A DNA stretch of 64,000 bases from an uncultured Candidatus Saccharibacteria bacterium (GTDB taxonomy: Bacteria > Patescibacteriota > Minisyncoccia > Phycocordibacterales > PALSA-1337): NCBI GenBank assembly GCA_964495685.1, contig CAZBVQ010000001.1, positions 373,568-437,567 on the forward strand, in the 5' to 3' direction. Both the position numbers and the translations under genes were made by a program. This document shows, one piece after another, positions 56,775 to 64,000 of the stretch (the stretch's first letter is position 1; every line of letters starts with the position of its first letter). The notes beneath the pieces are model-generated. The model was given only the letters and a program-made list of their open reading frames with translations. It was not told the DNA's origin and made no database searches.

Positions 56775-57419
56775 ATGAAAAACTCACAAAAAGGTTCGGT
56801 GGCAGTAATTTTATTAGTAATTATTATTGTAGTTTTGGTAGGGGTAATTGGTTGGATTTATTTCAAACAGTCAGCTCAGGTGAGTCAAGTTTCTGATTCA
56901 ACATTGACCGTAGACACCCAATCAGTAACCTCAAATCCCAATAATACGATTCAACCTAAAAAGGGTATTGTTCCAAGTAATCAGAACTCGTCACTTAAAA
57001 CTTACAGGAATACGCAGTACAGTTTTTCATTCCAATATCCTCAAGGATATTCTATAACTGATGGGAAACCAAACAGTCAAACGGTTGGCGTATGGTTTGT
57101 TTGGCTATCAGACGCTAGCCAAGATACAGTGACAGGAATTAACGTATATCAATCAGATTTAACACTCGATCAATTTGTTGCAAACGAAAAACAAATCTTA
57201 TCTAGTTCTCCAGGCACAATTTCTTTCACTGAGGCTGGTCGGGTATCACTTGGGGGAAATACTGCAACCAAAGTGAACTATTCATTCTCGGGTAGGAATA
57301 GTGGCACGTCTGAAATTTACTATTTCAAGAAAAATGATTTCGTCTATAGAATTCAGCTTAATCAAACGATTGATTCTCAGGTTAAACAAGATATTCTTTC
57401 AACATTCAACGTAAAGTAA
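56775..57419 (+). CDS. Membrane-anchored hypothetical protein encoded in an AT-rich cassette
   Basis: N-terminal TM (VAVILLVIIIVVLVGVIGWIYF). Compositionally distinct (clearly lower GC than its surroundings). Flanked by direct repeats of the ychF 3' end. Confidence 0.45.
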   Translation: MKNSQKGSVAVILLVIIIVVLVGVIGWIYFKQSAQVSQVSDSTLTVDTQSVTSNPNNTIQPKKGIVPSNQNSSLKTYRNTQYSFSFQYPQGYSITDGKPNSQTVGVWFVWLSDASQDTVTGINVYQSDLTLDQFVANEKQILSSSPGTISFTEAGRVSLGGNTATKVNYSFSGRNSGTSEIYYFKKNDFVYRIQLNQTIDSQVKQDILSTFNVK

Positions 57420-57460
57420 AGACGTAAATAGTTTTATCAGGCTCAAGTCGCACCCCTAAA

Positions 57461-57506
57461 GGAGTATGTGGTCAAGGATGGGGATGTCATAGAGTTTAAG
57501 GTCTAA
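57461..57506 (+). repeat. Diverged direct repeat of the last 46 nt of ychF (40/46 identical to 56658-56703)
   Basis: GGAGTATGTGGTCAAGGATGGGGATGTCATAGAGTTTAAGGTCTAA against GGAATATGTGGTTAAGGATGGGGATGTGATGGAGTTTAAGGTGTAG. Encodes EYVVKDGDVIEFKV*. Confidence 0.7.
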
Positions 57507-57647
57507 CCCCCCTTGCTTTATTTTCAGTTATGTGTTTATATGCACCACTGAATTGCATGCAATGGTCCATGTACTCGCTGACCTAGACGGTTGGGAGTTT
57601 GAAACATGATCGGGAAGCATGCAGAATAATGAAAGGTTAGGGATAAC

Positions 57648-58124
57648 ATGAAACTGGTAAATCGTCTGGTGTCCACGATGGTCGTGGCGCTCGTGGCAAT
57701 CATCGGCACATCGTCGGCAGTGGCGACTGTAGGAGGGAGTGAAGACGTCAAGGTGGAAATACTCTCGGTCCACACAAGCGTCGGGCTGGTCTGCACCAAT
57801 AGCGTCGAGCACGGGATGTCTCACCACACACTGGGTGTGTGGGACCCCGGTTGATGGGAGATCTCGTCGTTCTGCAACGGTGACCAAGTGACGGTCACGA
57901 ACACTGACTGCGCGACCTCGACGGTCACGGTGAACGGAACCTTGCTCGGCGCGTCGGACACGGCGTCCGCGTCTTCATCTGCCAAAGTTACTGTCTATAC
58001 CCTGAGCCATAGCCAGTACATTACGTGGGACCCGCTGGCGGAAACATATGTCGGTCATGTTGACGTCGGTGTCTCGAAGACCTACGAGGAGTTTTGTCTG
58101 CAGCCGATTGAGCCGGAGGATTGA
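57648..58124 (+). pseudogene. GC-rich secreted-protein ORF interrupted by an in-frame TGA (57852-57854); possibly a pseudogene or two short ORFs
   Basis: ORFs 57648-57854 and 57888-58124 are in the same frame and contiguous through a single TGA. Signal peptide at the N-terminus. Local GC is clearly higher than the window average. Confidence 0.3.
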
Positions 58125-58911
58125 TCCCCTCGAGCTCTTGTTCAAGTCTTACACCCGCTGGGAACACCGGCGGGCTTTTTGTACATGACGTCTTCCATTA
58201 AGTCCCTAAATATGGTATAAACTCTCCCGGAATGTACGTTGTCGTAGGGCGTGTATTCCATAGGTTCTTCAACTAAACTGTCGGTTAACCCTTGGAGGAT
58301 TCGCATGAATAATGTCGGTGCTCTGTCACTGTTCGGGCTCAAAGCTGGGTTAGGCTGCTTTTTCTTGTTCGCCTGCCTAACTGGCGCAATCATGTTCGCA
58401 TTTTTGCTACCCTTGTTGCCGAATGATTCGGCGGACTCATCACGAAGGAGCGTTTGATATGGAAAAAATTATTTTACATCCCGTCCTGGATGCACCACCA
58501 CCTTCTCCGTTGATTCCGATTGGTACACTGTCGAAACACATGCTGGTTGCGGCTCTGAGTTGTATTTTGGTTGCTGCTGGACTCTGTGTTGTGTGGTACA
58601 TCTACTACCACTGAAAGGAGATTATGTCAGTGCGCAGATCTATGTTATCGTCATCTCGAGGGCGTGAGCGACCTTGGGGATTCAGTCGGGAACCGATACA
58701 CGTACCCCCTTGCTTCATGAGTGAACCGTCACGTGAAAATCGTATCACGTTCACTCCTTTGTTCGATTGGCTTGACAGTTGTGTACGTTGGATTCGTGCC
58801 AAGTTCAGCAACCGCCCTCGCTGAACTGATTGTGTTCAGTTTTTCTTCACGCCGCTCATCGTTGGGCGGCGTTTTTTGTAAAATAGGTCTATTTGAGCTA
58901 TGATATGAGCC

Positions 58912-61818
58912 ATGAAGAAGTCCATCTCCAAGCCCACGGGGTTGTCCGTATATGACCACAAGGCTATCGAATCCAAGTGGCAGAAAGTGTGGGAGAAGAA
59001 AAAGTCGTATCAAGTAAAGGAGGATTTAAATAAAAAGAAGTTTTACGGTCTCATCGAATTTCCATATCCATCCGGAGATGGTCTCCATGTCGGTCACATC
59101 CGCAGCAACACGGCAATGGACGTCATTGCCCGCAAGCGCCGCGCTGAAGGGTTCAATGTGCTGTATCCGATTGGTTGGGACGCTTTTGGCCTACCGACAG
59201 AGAACTATGCCATCAAGACAGGTATCCAGCCAGCTATTGTTACAAAAAAGAATACGGACACATTCCGCCGTCAACTCAAGGCACTTGGCTTCTCATTTGA
59301 TTGGTCACGTGAAATAGACACTACTGATCCTGCGTATTACAAATGGACGCAGTGGATATTCCTGCAATTCTTCAAGAAGGGATTGGCGTACAAAAAGAAG
59401 ATGACCATCAATTGGTGTCCGAAGGATTTGATCGGTCTAGCCAATGAAGAAGTCGTGGATGGAAAATGTGAGCGTTGTGGTACAGCTGTAGAAAAGCGCG
59501 AGAAAGAACAGTGGATGTTGGCGATTACGAAGTATGCGGAGAGGTTGGATAAGGATCTAGATAAGACGCAATTTCTAGAGAAGATCAAAATTCAGCAGAG
59601 GAATTGGATAGGGAAGAGTGAGGGGGCGGAGATTGATTTTGAAATACGAAATGAAAAAATAACAGTCTTTACGACACGACCGGATACTCTTTTCGGGGTG
59701 ACATACATCGTCTTGGCACCTGAGCACGTATTGATACAGCAACTACTTTCTGTAGTCGAAAACAAAAAGGATATCGAGGAATATATTTCAAAGGCAAAGA
59801 AGGAGTCAGAGATGGAGCGCACTGATGCTTCCAAAGAAAAAACAGGTGTTGAGCTGAAGGGTATCAAAGCCATCAATCCTGCCAATAATGAAGAGGTGCC
59901 GGTGTGGATCGCGGACTATGTCCTGGCCGACTATGGTACGGGTGCGGTCATGGCGGTGCCTGCGCATGATGAGCGAGATTACGCATTTGCCAAGAAATAT
60001 GGATTGCCAATAAGGGACGTCGTCATGCCTATAAGAGTCGATGCTTCAAATCCACATGTTCATGGTAAGAAGGTTGTGGAGCGTAAGGCCGTACAAGCAA
60101 TTATTGTGGATCCGAAAACAAAGAAGATTCTTTGCCTCAAATGGAAAAAGCAACCGTGGACAACGTTTGTTGTTGGGGGTGTTGAGGGTAACGAAGATAG
60201 TGTCGAGGCGGCGCGTAGAGAAATTGCTGAAGAGACTGGATACACAGATCTCAAACTCGTACGTGTCCTCGGGGGGCCAGTACGAAGTGAATTTTTTGCC
60301 GCACACAAAGATGTCAATCGTATCGCGTATTTCAATGCAATTCATTTTGAGCTTGCGAGCGACAAACGGACACCGTTGACTGATGAGGAGCAAGAGAAGC
60401 ATGAAGTAATCTGGATGGATGCTGATGCTATCGGACCTGGTGTTATGCAATGTGGAGAGCTTGATATTTGGATGAACCGATTCAAGACGGGCAACGATGT
60501 TGTTCTTGAAGATGGCGAGCTCATCAATTCAGGATCCTTCAACGGTAAGGAGTCATTATTAGTTAAAAAAGAAATTACTGAATCTGTCGGTGGGAAGTGG
60601 ATCACCACCTTCAAACTCCGCGACTGGATCTTCTCCCGCCAGCGCTACTGGGGTGAGCCGATTCCCGTCATCAACTGTGAAAAATGTGGCCTTGTCCCTG
60701 TCCCAGAAAAAGATTTGCCCGTGAAGTTGCCAGCGGTAAAGAATTACAAGCCCACTGAAACAGGCGAGTCACCATTGGCTGCAATTACGAAGTGGGTCAA
60801 CACCAAGTGTCCGCAATGCAAAGGTAAAGCCACCCGCGAAACTGACACCATGCCAAATTGGGCGGGTTCAAGTTGGTACTATTTGCGCTATGCTGATGCA
60901 CATAATAAGAAAGAATTCGCCTCAAAAAAGAGTCTGGACTATTGGACACCAGTCGATTGGTACAATGGTGGTATGGAACACACCACGCTCCACTTACTCT
61001 ATTCTCGTTTCTGGCACAAATTCCTCTTTGATCTTGGATTGGTACCGACTGATGAACCATATACCAAACGTACCTCCCATGGCCTCATTTTGGCCGAAGG
61101 TGGGGTCAAAATGTCGAAGTCAAAGGGCAACGTCATCAACCCTGATAGTATTGTCGAAACAGTCGGCGCTGACAGTTTGCGCCTCTATGAGATGTTCATG
61201 GGACCATTCGACCAGCCGATTTCGTGGGATACCAATAATATTGCTGGGGTCAGACGTTTCTTGGAACGAGTCTGGAAGTTGAGAGAGAAAGTAGTAAACT
61301 CTAAACTCGAAACTCTGAATTCTAAACAAATTCAAAATTCGAAATTTGAAATTCAAAACGCAGCAGACAAAATCATCCACAAAACTATCAAGAAAGTCAG
61401 TGACGATATCGAAGCGATGCGCTTCAATACGGCCGTGAGTGCACTCATGATCGCCCTCAACGAACTGGAGAAGATAGAAACTATCGGTACACAGCAGTAC
61501 GCATCATTCCTGCAGCTTCTGGCACCCTTCGCGCCTCATATTGTCGAAGAATTGTGGGCATCACTCGGAAATAAGACGTCTGTCCATCTCGCTCCGTGGC
61601 CGACGTATGATGCGTCGTTGGCTGTGGATAATGAGGTGACTATCATGGTGCAAATCAATGGCAAAGTGCGGGGCTCATTCATGGTGCCTGTGGATTCTAG
61701 TAGGGAAGAGCTCGAATCCCGTGCCAAAGCTCTTCCCGAAGCGGCCAAGTGGATCGCTGGTGGTCAGATCAAGAAAGTTATCGTGGTACTCAACAAATTG
61801 GTCAATATTGTTGTCTAG
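58912..61818 (+). CDS. leuS: Leucine--tRNA ligase with a NUDIX hydrolase domain inserted between the CP1/editing region and the leucyl-specific domain
   Basis: HIGH (HVGH), editing-domain T-rich region (TTRPDTLFGV), KMSKS, anticodon-binding C-terminus. Perfect Nudix box GGVEGNEDSVEAARREIAEETGY in an insert of about 140 aa at roughly nt 60040-60490. Two tandem terminators at 58820-58880 upstream. Confidence 0.9.
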   Translation: MKKSISKPTGLSVYDHKAIESKWQKVWEKKKSYQVKEDLNKKKFYGLIEFPYPSGDGLHVGHIRSNTAMDVIARKRRAEGFNVLYPIGWDAFGLPTENYAIKTGIQPAIVTKKNTDTFRRQLKALGFSFDWSREIDTTDPAYYKWTQWIFLQFFKKGLAYKKKMTINWCPKDLIGLANEEVVDGKCERCGTAVEKREKEQWMLAITKYAERLDKDLDKTQFLEKIKIQQRNWIGKSEGAEIDFEIRNEKITVFTTRPDTLFGVTYIVLAPEHVLIQQLLSVVENKKDIEEYISKAKKESEMERTDASKEKTGVELKGIKAINPANNEEVPVWIADYVLADYGTGAVMAVPAHDERDYAFAKKYGLPIRDVVMPIRVDASNPHVHGKKVVERKAVQAIIVDPKTKKILCLKWKKQPWTTFVVGGVEGNEDSVEAARREIAEETGYTDLKLVRVLGGPVRSEFFAAHKDVNRIAYFNAIHFELASDKRTPLTDEEQEKHEVIWMDADAIGPGVMQCGELDIWMNRFKTGNDVVLEDGELINSGSFNGKESLLVKKEITESVGGKWITTFKLRDWIFSRQRYWGEPIPVINCEKCGLVPVPEKDLPVKLPAVKNYKPTETGESPLAAITKWVNTKCPQCKGKATRETDTMPNWAGSSWYYLRYADAHNKKEFASKKSLDYWTPVDWYNGGMEHTTLHLLYSRFWHKFLFDLGLVPTDEPYTKRTSHGLILAEGGVKMSKSKGNVINPDSIVETVGADSLRLYEMFMGPFDQPISWDTNNIAGVRRFLERVWKLREKVVNSKLETLNSKQIQNSKFEIQNAADKIIHKTIKKVSDDIEAMRFNTAVSALMIALNELEKIETIGTQQYASFLQLLAPFAPHIVEELWASLGNKTSVHLAPWPTYDASLAVDNEVTIMVQINGKVRGSFMVPVDSSREELESRAKALPEAAKWIAGGQIKKVIVVLNKLVNIVV

Positions 61819-61972
61819 GCCGGGTCTAGACATGTTCCAATTTGACAATAAGGTGTGGATAAGGTAGTGTATACACATCAAGCCTGGGTGTGTCCGGACG
61901 ATATGTCCCCACAAGATTGACTTTATTACAAGCGAGTGATACAAATGTATCAATTATTTATTATTATTTTCC

Positions 61973-63013
61973 ATGGCCACCACACCCATCTCGTTCAAAC
62001 CAAAGCAGATCGTCAAGCGTCTCCTCTCTTCGCTTCCAGACCGTGCTCGTGATGTCGTCATCTATCGTTACGGTCTCGGATCAGACACTCGTCGCATGAC
62101 TCTTGATGCCATCGGCAAGAAATATGGTATCACTCGTGAGCGTGTTCGTCAGATTGAGAATTATGCCCTCGGCATGGTTCGTAAGTCAGATGAATACAAG
62201 ATCGAGAAGGCCGTCTTCGCCGAACTCGAGACCCTGCTCCACGCACTCGGCGGCATCGTTGTCGAGGAAGATTTCCTCGGTCAAGTCTCCAAGGACAAGG
62301 GTCTCCAGAACCACATCCACTTCCTCCTCGTCATCGGTGAGCCGTTCAAGAAGCGCAAGGAAGATGATGATTTCAATCATCGCTGGCACGTCAACGAAGA
62401 GCTTGCTTCCCAAGTAGAGATTGCTCTCCGCAAATTGTATACCAACCTCAATACACAGGATCTTCTTCCAGAATCAGAAATGATCAACAAGTTCTTGCAG
62501 CACCTCGAAGGAGTCTCGGAGCGTTATAAGAATCAAGAGATCATGAAGCGTTGGCTCAAGCTTTCCAAGGCGATCGGCGTCAATGCGCTCGGTGATTGGG
62601 GTGCTTCACACTCATCCAATATCAAGACCAAGGGTATGCGTGATTACGCATTCCTCGTCATTAGAAAGCATGGATCCCCGATCCACTTCCGTGATGTTGC
62701 CAAGCAGATTATGGTTATGTTCAAGAAGAAGGCTCATGTCGCTACGACACATAATGAGCTCATCAAAGACCCTCGTTTCGTCCTCGTCGGTCGTGGTCTC
62801 TACGCTCTTGCAGAATGGGGATATGCACCAGGTATTGTTCGTGACGTTATCCGCCAAGTTATCGAGAAGAATGGCGCCATGACCAAAGAAGAGATTGTCG
62901 CCAAGGTTATGAAGGAGCGTTACGTCAAGGAGAACACGATCGCTGTCAATCTTCAGAATCCCAAATATTTCAAGAAAGATAAGGATGGCAAATACTCAGT
63001 AGTTGCCGCATAG
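61973..63013 (+). CDS. Sigma-70 region-4-like HTH protein with a C-terminal HARE-HTH-like domain
   Basis: N-terminal LPDRARDVVIYRYGL ... TLDAIGKKYGITRERVRQIENYALGMVRK (sigma r4 HTH). C-terminal FLVIRKHGSPIHFRDVAKQI ... DPRFVLVGRGLYALAEWGY resembles the HARE-HTH domain of the RNAP delta subunit. Confidence 0.5.
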   Translation: MATTPISFKPKQIVKRLLSSLPDRARDVVIYRYGLGSDTRRMTLDAIGKKYGITRERVRQIENYALGMVRKSDEYKIEKAVFAELETLLHALGGIVVEEDFLGQVSKDKGLQNHIHFLLVIGEPFKKRKEDDDFNHRWHVNEELASQVEIALRKLYTNLNTQDLLPESEMINKFLQHLEGVSERYKNQEIMKRWLKLSKAIGVNALGDWGASHSSNIKTKGMRDYAFLVIRKHGSPIHFRDVAKQIMVMFKKKAHVATTHNELIKDPRFVLVGRGLYALAEWGYAPGIVRDVIRQVIEKNGAMTKEEIVAKVMKERYVKENTIAVNLQNPKYFKKDKDGKYSVVAA

Positions 63014-63073
63014 GTGACTCATCCACCACAAGGCCGCATTCACTGCGGCCTTTTGGTTTGCTATACTTATACC

Positions 63074-64000
63074 ATGCCCATTGAACAGATATTTCCGTCA
63101 TTGGTAGTTGATTTCAAATCGACCATATTTCCTCAGGCGATACAGTATGCCATCTTCATCTCGCCTGTAGTACTGACGGTACTTCTCGCCATGATATTCT
63201 GGCCGTTGTGGTTGCGTTATGTGCGCGCCAAGTTTTTCCTCTCTCTCAAATATACTGTTCTCGAACTCAAGTTGCCCAAAGAGACAACCAAATCACCTTT
63301 GGCGATGGAAGTGTTCTTGCAATCACTTCACAACACAGCAGACGGAAGTGCCTTCGCTCAGTACTGGAAGGGCGAAGTCCGCCCGTGGTATGCTCTCGAG
63401 CTTGTTTCCATCGAAGGCAAGGTTAAATTTTTCATTTGGACAGAGGACCGACGCAAGGGTGGTGTTATTTCTGCACTGTACTCACAATTTCCTGGTATAG
63501 AAGTCCATGAGAATGGTGATTATGCTCAATCGGTTCATTTTGATCCCAAGACGATGAAGCTTCATGGTGTGGAATTTAAGTTTACCCAGAAGGACCCATA
63601 TCCTATCAAGACATACGTCGACTATGGTCTCGACAAAGATCCCAAAGAAGAATTCAAAGTCGATCCACTCACGCCAATGCTTGAATTCCTCGGCAGTCTT
63701 GGTCCTAATCAACAAGTGTGGCTTCAATTTTTGGTTCGTGCCCACAAAGATGACCAAGCAAAACCAGGTCATTGGTTCAAAACCGCCGATCTCTGGAAAG
63801 ATGGTGCCAAGAAATTGGTCAATGAACTTATGATTCGAGATGCCAAGACGAAGGGTGTCAAAGAAGAGAACAAAAAGGAGGGACAGATGTATTTGGATCT
63901 CCCGAGACTTTCAAAAGGCGAACAGGATATTATCGAAGCCATTGAACGCTCAGTTACCAAGCCACCTTTCGATGTTGGTGTTCGGGCCTTATATATTGCC
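63074..64000 (+). CDS. Hypothetical membrane-anchored protein (3'-partial; open to the window end; not in the ORF track)
   Basis: Manual translation from ATG 63074 gives an uninterrupted frame of more than 300 codons with an N-terminal TM helix (IQYAIFISPVVLTVLLAMIFWPLWL). The short fragments in the ORF track are other frames. Confidence 0.4.
   Translation, partial: MPIEQIFPSLVVDFKSTIFPQAIQYAIFISPVVLTVLLAMIFWPLWLRYVRAKFFLSLKYTVLELKLPKETTKSPLAMEVFLQSLHNTADGSAFAQYWKGEVRPWYALELVSIEGKVKFFIWTEDRRKGGVISALYSQFPGIEVHENGDYAQSVHFDPKTMKLHGVEFKFTQKDPYPIKTYVDYGLDKDPKEEFKVDPLTPMLEFLGSLGPNQQVWLQFLVRAHKDDQAKPGHWFKTADLWKDGAKKLVNELMIRDAKTKGVKEENKKEGQMYLDLPRLSKGEQDIIEAIERSVTKPPFDVGVRALYIA

Noticed and set aside
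57852-57854. In-frame TGA in the 57648-58124 ORF as a selenocysteine codon.
   Set aside because: TGA is a normal stop elsewhere in the window (e.g. at 10384-10386), there is no obvious SECIS hairpin immediately downstream, and the flanking residues do not resemble a selenoprotein active site. Pseudogene or two ORFs is more parsimonious.
1-64000. Searched for CRISPR arrays, transposases, integrases, phage structural genes and rRNA genes.
   Set aside because: There are no regularly spaced direct repeats of 24-40 nt, no DDE or tyrosine-recombinase motifs, and no rRNA-like conserved stretches. The cassette insertions therefore have no recognisable mobility gene in the window.

Overview
This window is a chromosomal housekeeping region of about 50% GC. 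The gene content is consistent with a reduced-genome bacterium, possibly Patescibacteria/CPR-like, but that is inference from gene content only. The complement is streamlined: no biosynthetic operons, short ProRS and ThrRS forms, type-B L31, pilin-like genes and many small membrane proteins.

Clearly recognisable genes include rpmE, prfA, dnaG, rpoD, a UvrD-helicase/RecB-nuclease fusion, a DsbA-like protein, a DEDD exonuclease, hisS, thrS, rmuC, rplU, recR, dnaB, a D-Ala-D-Ala carboxypeptidase, def-fmt, a pyrE-like PRTase, priA, murA, two mreB paralogs with mreCD-mrdA, holB, frr, rseP, proS, greA, lysS, ychF and leuS. There is also a mannoside-phosphorylase (GH130) cluster with a cupin and a HAD phosphatase. 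RNA genes are tRNA-Arg(CCU), tRNA-Phe(GAA) and a tRNA-Asn(GUU) that is split by a 289-nt group I intron with canonical P/Q/R/S core elements.

The main hunt results:
- The intron-containing tRNA-Asn, plus a partial duplicate of its 3' end nearby.
- A full NUDIX hydrolase domain inserted in-frame inside LeuRS.
- Two intergenic copies of a structured element: a conserved ~33-nt core embedded in 34-35-bp near-perfect hairpins whose arm sequences covary, with G-U wobbles only on the plus-strand transcript.
- Two accessory cassettes, each flanked by a direct repeat of the 3' end of the upstream conserved gene (rmuC and ychF), with no recombinase in view. The ychF one includes a compositionally heterogeneous islet.
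- A GGCCCGGCC-centred palindrome family sitting at the -35 side of three promoters (dnaG, rplU and a sigma-r4/HARE-HTH gene).
- A stand-alone two-gene module encoding a mini Mrr-like PD-(D/E)xK nuclease, behind a perfect sigma-70 consensus promoter.
- A T-box-like leader upstream of thrS.
- A solo PemK/MazF-like toxin homolog.
- A VPDSG/PEP-CTERM-like sorting signal on a secreted protein.

I found no CRISPR array, rRNA genes, integrase or transposase.
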